Source of the DNA: Ignavibacteriota bacterium
Lineage (GTDB): Bacteria; Bacteroidota; Ignavibacteria; UBA10030; UBA6906
DNA: 64,000 nucleotides
Direction of reading: 5' to 3'
NCBI GenBank assembly: GCA_963801355.1
Contig: CAWDEM010000004.1
Span: 384,001-448,000, forward strand
Below the pieces are notes generated by a model that saw only the letters and a program-made list of their open reading frames with translations, did not search any database and was not told the DNA's origin. Each line of letters opens with the position of its first letter. Position 1 is the stretch's first letter. Below, piece by piece: positions 11,301 through 18,644 of the stretch. The translations under genes were made by a program, and so were the position numbers.

Positions 11301-11550
11301 GAGCGAAGGAGTCCGAAGCCGCATGTTTATGCACGGCGATTGTGTAGCCGTCGTACCGGTTGAGTCCGTCCTGCGTGCCGAACCAGAGGAAGCCGCGGCC
11401 GTCCTGCACAATCGCATTCACTGTGGATTGTGAAAGACCCTGCTCGAGAGAGATATGGTCGAATTTCAACGTGCCGGTTTGAGCACAGGCTATGCACGCG
11501 ACCACGGCGAGGGACCAGGGGGCGATGCTGTATAGGAGGATCCGGTGCAT
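8389..11550 (-). CDS. Beta-propeller (Reg_prop / Y_Y_Y) sensor histidine kinase, HisKA_3 type
   Basis: Many LWIGT.GGGL repeats, YRYKLEG, TM segment, IATDLHDDIGSTL H-box, KEAINNILRH, DNGVGF, GNGLHNM. Confidence 0.92.
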   Translation of the reverse strand: MHRILLYSIAPWSLAVVACIACAQTGTLKFDHISLEQGLSQSTVNAIVQDGRGFLWFGTQDGLNRYDGYTIAVHKHAASDSFALSDNGIWALCRDRDGDIWIGTMRGGLNCYHTVRGTFTHYVHDPGDTTGISENNITSVFQDSRGTIWAGTMTSGLNYRRPGQGTFSHLRHNPADSTSLADNAVWAITEDRDGNLWVGTWGGLCRYIPPVPGSSGPGAAGTFKRYRHDQRARESIAGNTIRSLLAGRDGRIWIGTWGYGLDCLDPRTGTLVHYTTRSPAPYTLTSNLILSLYEDADNAIWIGTGDAGLNRLHPRTRTIERFRHIANATRSLNNDIICSLFEDSTGILWIGTGAGGVNVYDRLKNRFPHFRAVQGTPRGLSGNDVWALQEDHSGTLWIGTYGGGLNRFNRQTGDFSHYLHDPRVPSSLSHNNVIALEASRDGTLWIGTEGGGLDRLEPHSGRFTHYRHDPRNPASLVQNEVTALHEDSSGTLWIGTNGGGLDRLDASREGFVHYPPDEGSPTALPAGTVLTLYEDAAGYLWVGTYGGGLARLDPATDLFQRYQSTSDPANGLNNNTVLSVHEDPTGILWVGTYGGGLNRFDRAAGTWRHFTEVDGLPNDVIYGILPDRAGRLWMPTNKGLARFTPSTGEVRTYDASDGLQGNEFNQGAAFRGRDGALYLGGINGFNAFSPDSIRDNPFVPPVYLTSLRVFDRAVSLPQALSETRAIELQHDQNFLSFEFVALSYTAPAKNRYRYKLEGLDETWIDAGNRRFTTYTNLDPGHYMLHIGASNNDGVWNTRGASLAITIVPPYWKTWWFRVLAVLAAAAMLFLMYRYRVKKLLEIERIRTSIATDLHDDIGSTLTEIALFSDVGLREVKAKPPATILTDDERARFAALFSDTGSTARALIDAMNDIVWAIDPKHDSFEFLLLRMKMHATKMLEAKGINYEIDIPSELASLRLPLGMRRRLFLIYKEAINNILRHAQPTRVVLTMRREGRMVTMTMADNGVGFDVHEAVRGNGLHNMEERARSMGGELAITSSSGLGTTITLHAPIP

Positions 11551-11599
11551 GGGGAATGTTAGTGAGGAATCGGGAGACTCGCAACCCATGCCGTGCGCA

Positions 11600-12850
11600 T
11601 CACGAGAGTGCCTGTGTAATCCACGTGAGGTTTTGCAGTGGTATGAACCCGTAATTATAGAAGTTGAAACTGGTGATCCCCTGTGCACGTGCCACCCTCA
11701 TCCGGTCAAGGAATTCCGCCTGTCCGCCGCTCTCCGGGAGGCCGACCTGGAATCCGAGCGTCAGCGCGTTTTTCCCGAGGAGAGACCGGAGTGCGGTCAG
11801 CGGGGCATCCAGAGCAACACCGTCTTTGACATAGCCCAGGGCAAGAATCCCCCCCGTTGTGCGGGCACTGGTGGCGGGGTCGACACCGTTCAGCTTCCAC
11901 GCCGCAGAATCAATCGACATCATTTGCCGCAGCGGGACAGTTCCGGCACTCGACTTCAATTCCTCGAGGAGTGATTGGACGACGCCGGTGCGCCAGCGCT
12001 GGAACGGCTCCAGGATGTCCGCCGGGAGTTTATCAATGGTGGGGTACCTGGCGTTCGTTGAGTCCGGATCACGGAAGAATTCCTCGAGCGTGGCAGTGGT
12101 GAAATTGAGTGCCGGATGGATGTCGAATCCCGATTCCTTCGCCGAGCGGCGGCATGCGGCACAGAAACAGAGCCCCAGGAGAAACCGTGTCGCCGCTGTC
12201 AATGCCATTCCTTCCCGTTCATGATGAAAGCCATGCGTGTATCCCTGAAACTGGAGAGCCTCGAGCTCGATGAGGTCGACACCGTGCGCGGCGATATCCG
12301 CAACGAGGGAACCGAGATACCGGCGCACATCGCCGTTCGACGGGCAGAGATTATGATAGAGCGGATCGTCGAATGCGGTGCGCGTGACCAGGTCCGGATG
12401 TGCCATGCCGAGGGCGGTATTGTGACAGCATACCACCCAGCTCCGCAGCTGCATGCCGTGTTGGTCTGCTTGCCGGCGCGCTTCCCGGAGATCGTGCCCC
12501 GAAGACACAAGGGAGTGTGCCACCGGGGCTATGCGTCCGTACAGAGATGCTGTGGGCCGGAACATGACCGTGCCATCCTCGAGAAAGACCACCTTGCGCC
12601 GGGGATTGTGCGGGGCGAGAAATTTGCCGGCATGATACGCTGTGGCAAGACTGATGGAAGTGAGACCGTGTTCGCGGAGCCGCGGCATGACAACATCATA
12701 GCCTTCGTCGACGAGATCCCAAAGATATATCCACATGGATGCCGCCTGCCGGGTCGGCGGCGGGAATGCCGCGGTCGCGGCATAGCGCAGAGCAGGTCCG
12801 GCCACCACTGCGGCGGCGACCCGTTCCAGGAATTCTCTCCGTGTGAGCAT
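11600..12850 (-). CDS. Tat-exported TIM-barrel protein, glycoside-hydrolase-like, function unknown
   Basis: MLTRREFL twin-arginine signal; SLATAYHAG, LCPSN, CFCAAC Cys cluster; begins 7 nt after the upstream stop. Confidence 0.6.
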   Translation of the reverse strand: MLTRREFLERVAAAVVAGPALRYAATAAFPPPTRQAASMWIYLWDLVDEGYDVVMPRLREHGLTSISLATAYHAGKFLAPHNPRRKVVFLEDGTVMFRPTASLYGRIAPVAHSLVSSGHDLREARRQADQHGMQLRSWVVCCHNTALGMAHPDLVTRTAFDDPLYHNLCPSNGDVRRYLGSLVADIAAHGVDLIELEALQFQGYTHGFHHEREGMALTAATRFLLGLCFCAACRRSAKESGFDIHPALNFTTATLEEFFRDPDSTNARYPTIDKLPADILEPFQRWRTGVVQSLLEELKSSAGTVPLRQMMSIDSAAWKLNGVDPATSARTTGGILALGYVKDGVALDAPLTALRSLLGKNALTLGFQVGLPESGGQAEFLDRMRVARAQGITSFNFYNYGFIPLQNLTWITQALS

Positions 12851-12857
12851 GGTGCGG

Positions 12858-13895
12858 TTACTCCTCGTCGATGACCCAGAGGTCGAGCAGGTTGTCGGGC
12901 ATTCCCGCGATGAATCGCGATGGTTTGGAAAGCACCAATCCCGACTCGCGGTCATAGACATTGATGGGATAGGCGATGAAGAGATGCTCTTTGGCCCGGG
13001 TGCAGGCAACGTACATCAAACGGCGCTCCTCCTCCATCGTGTCTTCATTTAATGCCGCACGCGTCGTGGGGAAGCGCCCGTCGAGCGCGTAGATCACGAA
13101 GACCGTGTTCCACTCGAGCCCCTTCGCGCTGTGGATCGTGGAGAGAATGAGCTTTTCGTCTTCTGCGTCGGTGGGCGTGATGTCGGCAACGCTCTCGGCC
13201 GCCGGTTCGAGTGTCAGATCGGCAAGGAAGGAATTGAGCGTCCGGTACCGCTCGGCGATTTGCTGGAACATCTCCAGATCCTTCCGCCGTTTGTTGTGAT
13301 CGTCATACCGTTTGACAAAGACCGGCTCGTAGTACTGCAGGAGCTGCTGGATTTTGTCGGCGGGCGTGATGTGCGACGGAGCGACACCCTTCAGTGCTTC
13401 GAAAAGCGTGCGGAGTTTCTCCGGTGCGGCATGGTATTGGCCCCAGAATGCCGGGAGCGAAGTGGGGATCCCGGCTCCGCCTGCTGAACGGTGCCGGGCA
13501 AGGAGGTCCTCGATCACCTTTTCGGCCGTACGCGGGCCGACGCCGTCAACGAGCAACAGAATCCGATTCCAGGCGACGGCATCGCGGGGATTTTCGATCA
13601 CGCGGAGATAGGAAATCAGGTCTTTGATATGAGCGGTTTCGATGAACTTGAACCCCCCGAACTTGACGAACGGAATGTTCGCCTTGTTCAGCTCGATTTC
13701 CAGGTCGAACGAGAGATAACTCGAACGGAACAGCACAGCCATGTCATCGAGGGGGATCCCCTGCTCCCGCAGTTCAAGGACCTTCTGGATCACAAAACGC
13801 GACTGAAGATTTTCATTCTGTGCGACGACAATGCTGGGCAACTCGCCGCCGGGTTTGCTGGTGAAGAGCTCTTTGGTGTATTTGTGACGTTTCAT
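12858..13895 (-). CDS. UvrD/PcrA-family helicase, C-terminal half (2A/2B domains)
   Basis: AVLFRS, GGFKFIETAHIKD, GVGPRT, LSTIHSAKGLEW (motif V), EEERRLMYVACTRAKE (motif VI), PSRF; ATG overlaps the upstream TGA (ATGA). Confidence 0.88.
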   Translation of the reverse strand: MKRHKYTKELFTSKPGGELPSIVVAQNENLQSRFVIQKVLELREQGIPLDDMAVLFRSSYLSFDLEIELNKANIPFVKFGGFKFIETAHIKDLISYLRVIENPRDAVAWNRILLLVDGVGPRTAEKVIEDLLARHRSAGGAGIPTSLPAFWGQYHAAPEKLRTLFEALKGVAPSHITPADKIQQLLQYYEPVFVKRYDDHNKRRKDLEMFQQIAERYRTLNSFLADLTLEPAAESVADITPTDAEDEKLILSTIHSAKGLEWNTVFVIYALDGRFPTTRAALNEDTMEEERRLMYVACTRAKEHLFIAYPINVYDRESGLVLSKPSRFIAGMPDNLLDLWVIDEE

Positions 13896-14794
13896 GATGC
13901 CCCGGAATGTCCGAACCGCTTGCGTAGCAGTGCAATGTACGCGGGTGTCGTGCCGCAACATCCGCCGATAATGCGCACTCCTTGCTGCCTCCATTGTTCG
14001 GCGAATTCGGCGTACTCTCCGGATGACACATCATGCACAAAGGTCTCCGCGCGTTCTTCCCCGGCTCTGCCGACGTTTGCATAGACGGCGAGAGGCAGGG
14101 GAGTGGCCGCTTGTAAGGCAAGAAGTGCCGGGGCTATGCGACGCGGAGAAATACAGTTGAGGGAGAATGCCGCGGGCGTGAGCCGGGTGATTGTCCTTAC
14201 GGCTTCCGCGATGGATTCACCGCCGTACAATACCCCATCCGCAGTGCATAAGAAACTGACCACCACCTCTTTGCCGGTGTCCATGGCGGCGCGGCAGGCG
14301 GCCCCGGCTTCCCTGATGGTGCCCATTGTCTCGAGCAGCAGGAAATCCACACCGGCCTCGGCCAACCGGCGGGCATGGAGGGAGTGCTCGCCGCGGAGCG
14401 CATCATCGTCCGGCACCAGGTCCGGGCGGTAGCAGTCTTCCAGGGGGGCCATGGAACCGGCGATCAGAATTGTGCGTCCCGTGCACTCTGCCCGCGCCTG
14501 CCGGGCCAGCGTTACCGCTTCACGCGTGACTGCTTCCGAACGGTCGGGCCAGCCGGCGTGAACGCATGCCCGGGACGTGGTCCTGAAGGTGTTTGTGGTA
14601 ATGATATCTGCACCCGCCGCGAGATATTCCCGGTGTATCTGCAGCACAAGCGGTGGATCGGTAGTCAGGGCGCGTGCGGACCAGAGGGGCTGACTGACAT
14701 CGAGGCCGCGCCGCTGCAACTCGGTCCCCATCGCGCCATCGAGAATAAGCTCTCCGGAGCGCTGCAAGGCTGTGTGCAGAGGGCCCGCCGTCAT
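13892..14794 (-). CDS. Homocysteine S-methyltransferase family protein (MmuM/BHMT-like)
   Basis: ILDGAMGTEL, PLWSA, AGADIITTNTF, IAGSMAP, LLLETM, LNC and IIGGCCGTTP Zn-ligand motifs; AGGAGG RBS. Confidence 0.9.
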   Translation of the reverse strand: MTAGPLHTALQRSGELILDGAMGTELQRRGLDVSQPLWSARALTTDPPLVLQIHREYLAAGADIITTNTFRTTSRACVHAGWPDRSEAVTREAVTLARQARAECTGRTILIAGSMAPLEDCYRPDLVPDDDALRGEHSLHARRLAEAGVDFLLLETMGTIREAGAACRAAMDTGKEVVVSFLCTADGVLYGGESIAEAVRTITRLTPAAFSLNCISPRRIAPALLALQAATPLPLAVYANVGRAGEERAETFVHDVSSGEYAEFAEQWRQQGVRIIGGCCGTTPAYIALLRKRFGHSGAS

Positions 14795-15786
14795 GCGCGC
14801 GCCCTCCTGAGAATCTCGTTGGTCAGATTCAAAATCGGTTGGGTGCTGCGATAGTTCTCTTCGAGCGTGATGATAGTGCAGCCGGGGTAGTCTTCGGGAA
14901 ACGTGAGGATATTCCGCACAGTCGCACCGCGGAAGGAGTAGATAGCCTGGGAGTCATCCCCTACCACCATCACATTGCCATGCTGCTGCGAGAGCAGCCG
15001 CACAATGTCCGCCTGGATGCGATTGGTGTCCTGAAATTCGTCCACCATGATGTATTTGTAGCGCTGTGCGAGCGTCCGCCGGACATGGTCATTGTCCCGC
15101 AGGAGTTGCCGGAGATACAGCAGCAGGTCGTCATAGTCCATCAGGTTGTGTTGTGCCTTGTATTCTTCGAAGGCACGCTGCAGGGCTGTGATGTCGTTCA
15201 GGAGTTCCTCGAAGTGCGGGTACTCTTCGTGCAGGATCTCTTTGATGGGCGTTGCCGTATTGACCGCCTTCGAAAAGATATCATAGAGAGTCTGTTTTCT
15301 TGGAAAACGCCTTTCACGCGTGTCCAGTTTCAACTTTGTACGCAGGAGGTTGACGACATCTTCCGCGTCGGACTGATCGACGATGCTGAAGGAGGAATCG
15401 AACCCGATCAATGGAGCGTATTGTCGCAGGACAAGGTTTGCAAACGAATGGAACGTCCCGCCGGCGACTTTCTCGCACCGGGCATCCAGGAGCATAGAAG
15501 CACGACGGAGCATTTCCTGTGCGGCGCGCCGGGTGAACGTGAGCAGGAGAATCGATTCGGGGTTCACGCCGAGTTCAACGAGATAGGCGACGCGGAAAGT
15601 AATGGTCCGTGTTTTTCCGGTGCCAGCGCCCGCGATGATCAGGTGGGGTCCGTTCGCCGAGGTGACCGCGGCGTATTGTGCCGGATTCAGTTCGTTCCGG
15701 TAGTTGATGCGAAATTGCCGGGGCGGTTCCGTCGGCACAAGGTCGACCGGCTGCTTCTTGAGGACGTATTTCTTGGCGTCGGTCAC
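14791..15786 (-). CDS. UvrD/PcrA-family helicase, N-terminal half (1A/1B domains)
   Basis: LNPAQ (Q motif), AGAGTGKT (Walker A), LTFTRRAA, TFHSF, VDEFQDTN (Walker B), VGDDSQAIYSFRGA, LEENYRS, then a stop. Confidence 0.88.
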   Translation of the reverse strand: MTDAKKYVLKKQPVDLVPTEPPRQFRINYRNELNPAQYAAVTSANGPHLIIAGAGTGKTRTITFRVAYLVELGVNPESILLLTFTRRAAQEMLRRASMLLDARCEKVAGGTFHSFANLVLRQYAPLIGFDSSFSIVDQSDAEDVVNLLRTKLKLDTRERRFPRKQTLYDIFSKAVNTATPIKEILHEEYPHFEELLNDITALQRAFEEYKAQHNLMDYDDLLLYLRQLLRDNDHVRRTLAQRYKYIMVDEFQDTNRIQADIVRLLSQQHGNVMVVGDDSQAIYSFRGATVRNILTFPEDYPGCTIITLEENYRSTQPILNLTNEILRRARA

Positions 15787-16787
15787 AGCTTCTCTACCGG
15801 ATAGCTGTCCAGAATATCCAGAATGGCTTCGATGGTTTTCGGCGAATTGCCTTCGGCGCGATTGTTGATGTAGGCGTAGAGTTTCTTCCCCTCCCGGGCG
15901 CAGCGGATGGCGGCTTCCGCAACGCCGGAGCGTATGGCGGGATTGACTTCCTTGATCGTATCGTACGGCTGGAAATATTCGACCGCCTCCTGATAGGTAC
16001 GGCCGGGTTTGAGCAGCGCGCGGATGACAGCAAAGGATGCCGGCAGAATATCCGCGCTGCCGATCTGTTCCTGAATCCCCGGCATCCTGGTCCAGCTGTT
16101 GAGCACATGCGCAATACCGTGGCTCTTGAGCATGGCAAGATAGTCCGGTGTCAGGAATTCGCTGTTGCGGATTTCGACACTGTAGGTGTACTCTCCCGGG
16201 ATCTTTGCGAAGAAGGCATCCAGCGCCCGGATGAAGACGGGCAAGGTCACTCCGGAATCCCGGGAAAAAGTGGAGAACTCAAAGATGATTGCTCCGCATT
16301 TCTGCCGTAATGTACTGACCGGGCCAAGAAACTGATCGGCAAAAAGTGAAGGATTCAGAAAATCGGTGTTCTCTTTTCCCGCATGAGCGCCATAGCGCGG
16401 CAGATTTGGATATCGCTTCACGGTGATGCGGTCGGTGACCTTGAGTGCGATGCTGAAGTGCTCCGGAGTCTGATCGTGCATCAGCCCCAGGGCCTTCGCA
16501 GAGGGGAAATCGTAGAGCGCGAAGTCAGCGCATACAGTAGGAAACAGGGTTGCGTATTCTGCGAGACAGGTCTGTTCGAACACGCGTTGTGAGGGGTAGG
16601 GGCGGTTGTAGACGATTCCCTGCCATCCGGGGTATTTCCAGGATGACGTGCCCAGCAGGATGCCGCGCTCGGCCCAGCGGCGAAGCCGGCCGGCATTGGA
16701 ACGGGCATAGGACGACAGAGGGGGCTCAGCGCCCCCTGTCTCGAACAGCGGCAGTTGTGTGCCGCGCGGGAGTTTGTGTACACGCAC
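15783..16787 (-). CDS. DUF72 (YecE-like) TIM-barrel protein
   Basis: LGTSSWKYPGWQG..Y, LAEYA..FPTV, SIALKV, EIRN, YINN..EGNSP; stop overlaps the GTG of the helicase N-half (GTGA). Confidence 0.85.
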   Translation of the reverse strand: MRVHKLPRGTQLPLFETGGAEPPLSSYARSNAGRLRRWAERGILLGTSSWKYPGWQGIVYNRPYPSQRVFEQTCLAEYATLFPTVCADFALYDFPSAKALGLMHDQTPEHFSIALKVTDRITVKRYPNLPRYGAHAGKENTDFLNPSLFADQFLGPVSTLRQKCGAIIFEFSTFSRDSGVTLPVFIRALDAFFAKIPGEYTYSVEIRNSEFLTPDYLAMLKSHGIAHVLNSWTRMPGIQEQIGSADILPASFAVIRALLKPGRTYQEAVEYFQPYDTIKEVNPAIRSGVAEAAIRCAREGKKLYAYINNRAEGNSPKTIEAILDILDSYPVEKL

Positions 16788-16809
16788 CTCGACCCGCCCT
16801 TCCCGTTGG

Positions 16810-17568
16810 TTATCCTCCCAGGTGCACGCCGGTGAGCACGGTGAACACGGACCAGACAATCCAGAGTGCAAACACCAGCACCAGCACCTTTGGCAGATGG
16901 CGCTGGAAGAGTTTTGACAGCCCGATGCTCACGACGGTGAGATCCCAGATAGTGAAAACATTCGCTTTTGACAGCGCCATATGCAGTTTGTTCTGGAGGT
17001 CGTAGTTGGACACAAACAGGGCGAGATTGGGTCCTGCGAACAACGAATCCATACCGTACTGTAGCAGCGTTGTCGCGACGGTTTCCAGGATGCTGATGTA
17101 GAAAGTCAGGCCGACGACTTCGACGACTTTCATATACGGGGCGCTCGCGTTCATTCCCCATTTGCCGAGCAGCCAGTACACCAGGGAAAGCAGGAACAGG
17201 GCGACCGGGGTAACGAGGGTAACGCCGACAGCCGATTGGATGCGGAAGATCATGGAATCCGGCCGCATGAACTCTGTCGCTTTTTCAGCCTGCTCGGCGG
17301 TCATTTTCCCTTGTGCCACGGCTTCATCGATGCTTTTCGTCATCAACGAGGCCATCTGATCGACGAGAGACGGGTTCGTGAGGATAAGCTGGTTCAAGAG
17401 CACGGCGATGAGGATGAACAGCAGCATCGGCACCAACCAGTTGCGTGTGGTTTTTCCGGTCAGCCGGACATTGTCGAACAGTTCTCCCGGTGCCGCAAAA
17501 ATATTCACGATTTGTTCGGTGATAGACATTGGCGCTACTGTTGCGCCGGGGGCGGTGGACTCTTCCAT
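16810..17568 (-). CDS. Yip1-family membrane protein
   Basis: NIFAAPGELF...WLVP, multiple TM helices, NVFTIW...IGLS pattern. Confidence 0.75.
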   Translation of the reverse strand: MEESTAPGATVAPMSITEQIVNIFAAPGELFDNVRLTGKTTRNWLVPMLLFILIAVLLNQLILTNPSLVDQMASLMTKSIDEAVAQGKMTAEQAEKATEFMRPDSMIFRIQSAVGVTLVTPVALFLLSLVYWLLGKWGMNASAPYMKVVEVVGLTFYISILETVATTLLQYGMDSLFAGPNLALFVSNYDLQNKLHMALSKANVFTIWDLTVVSIGLSKLFQRHLPKVLVLVFALWIVWSVFTVLTGVHLGG

Positions 17569-17604
17569 GGGGTGGCCTTCTCTCTGTGTAAGGGACGACA
17601 CGCA

Positions 17605-17633
17605 AAGATAGGAAACGGCGGATCGATATTCAA
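17605..17633 (-). promoter_or_regulatory. Putative sigma70 promoter for the leftward Yip1-DUF72-uvrD operon
   Basis: Minus strand TTGAAT-17 bp-TATCTT (also matches Bacteroidota TAnnTTTG). Confidence 0.5.
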
Positions 17634-17642
17634 CATAGCAAC

Positions 17643-17695
17643 ACGACAAATTTGTTGTATCGGGTATTGACACAACGACAAAAATGTCGTATCGT
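17643..17695 (+). promoter_or_regulatory. Sigma70 promoter with two palindromic operator-like sites
   Basis: TTGACA (17667-72)-17 bp-TATCGT (17690-95); ACGACA-AATT-TGTTGT at 17643-58 and ACGACA-AAAA-TGTCGT at 17675-90. Confidence 0.7.
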
Positions 17696-17722
17696 TGTAT
17701 TGATGAACATTGCGGGGTACAT

Positions 17723-18463
17723 GTGAACAGCACAGCACTTGTCGAGCAGTTTTGTGCAGCACCGCCGGGCAAGCTCTATTGCGTGCATGGCAGCAGCGGT
17801 GTATTCCGGCTCTCACTCATGGCCGCGGGCCATGCGCTGGTGCACGGTGTGCCGGTCACGCTGGTGGATGGGAGCAATCGATTTGATCTGTACGGCCTGG
17901 CGGAATTTGCACGGCGTGCGGTGGGGAGGGAGGGAACACCGGAACAGGTGCTGCGCAATATCTTTATCTCCCGTGCCTTCACCTGTTATCAGATGGAAGC
18001 GGTGCTCACCGAACGCCTGCCGGCATTCGTCCGTGCAAAGCAATCGCCGGTGGTGTTGATTTTCGGACTGCTGGATACTTTTTACGATGAGCAAGCACCG
18101 TTGTTTGAGGTGCGCAACTCCCTGGAGCGGATACTCCGCGCGCTGTACGCCTTGCGCGATGAAGGCGTTGCGTTGCTGTTGGCCTCCACCGACATCCGTC
18201 CGGCCTCATCCGCACGCGCTACGCTGTTTCCGCGTCTGGCGGGAGGGATGGACCGGGTATACCTGCTGACCGAAGAAGCGGATGGACGGTGGTCCTTGGG
18301 AAGAGACGATGGAGAATGGAGAATCCACAATCCGCAATGGAGAACGGAGGGAATACATGGGACGAACCGTACCGACATTCACGATGGTGCTCCAGCAGGA
18401 ATTGGAAAGCTGGTCCAAGTTCCGGCGGGGGTTACGCAAAGAAGATCAGGACGCGCTGGATGA
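17723..18463 (+). CDS. Inactive RadA/RecA-like ATPase (iRadA) of the PolB2 cassette
   Basis: LVDGSNRFDLY, IFISRAFTCYQ, LLDTFYDE motifs; degenerate Walker A; first gene of the PolB2 operon. Confidence 0.75.
   Translation: MNSTALVEQFCAAPPGKLYCVHGSSGVFRLSLMAAGHALVHGVPVTLVDGSNRFDLYGLAEFARRAVGREGTPEQVLRNIFISRAFTCYQMEAVLTERLPAFVRAKQSPVVLIFGLLDTFYDEQAPLFEVRNSLERILRALYALRDEGVALLLASTDIRPASSARATLFPRLAGGMDRVYLLTEEADGRWSLGRDDGEWRIHNPQWRTEGIHGTNRTDIHDGAPAGIGKLVQVPAGVTQRRSGRAG
18309..18350 (+). repeat. Short tandem heptamer repeat
   Basis: ATGGAGA ATGGAGA ATCCACA ATCCGCA ATGGAGA ACGGAGG. Confidence 0.6.
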
Positions 18464-18644
18464 CCTCTTCCGTGCTGCCCGGTTGCAGCTGGCCGGCAGC
18501 GCCTATGCCGCTCGTCCGATTCCGTTCGAAAGCATGGTCATGGCCATGCTGGTCGCCCAGCAACGGCGTATTGCGGCCCTGGAGGCACAGCGTGCACGTA
18601 CCGCATTGCCCGTGGACGGTGCTGCTGTCGTTCAGAAGGAATGA
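18357..18644 (+). CDS. Small PolB2-associated partner protein (PPB2/arCOG07300-like)
   Basis: MGRTVPTF...ELESWSKFRRGLRKEDQDALDDLF...PFESMVMAML; GGAGG RBS; lies between iRadA and PolB. Confidence 0.8.
   Translation: MGRTVPTFTMVLQQELESWSKFRRGLRKEDQDALDDLFRAARLQLAGSAYAARPIPFESMVMAMLVAQQRRIAALEAQRARTALPVDGAAVVQKE

Noticed and set aside
9600-11400. Repetitive signal in the sensor kinase gene as a possible CRISPR or DNA repeat array
   Set aside because: These are protein-level beta-propeller repeats with divergent codons; I saw no identical repeat-spacer array anywhere in the window.
12858-13994. ORF-track start at 13994 for the helicase C-half
   Set aside because: The extension overlaps the HMT gene out of frame; helicase-like sequence begins at the ATGA-coupled ATG at 13895.
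13887-14796. Insert in the helicase as an IS, group I/II intron or split intein
   Set aside because: The insert is almost entirely the HMT ORF. I see no transposase or maturase, terminal repeats, GTGCG...AY ends, or intein residues. Recombination at the shared CATGA would leave a stop in frame.
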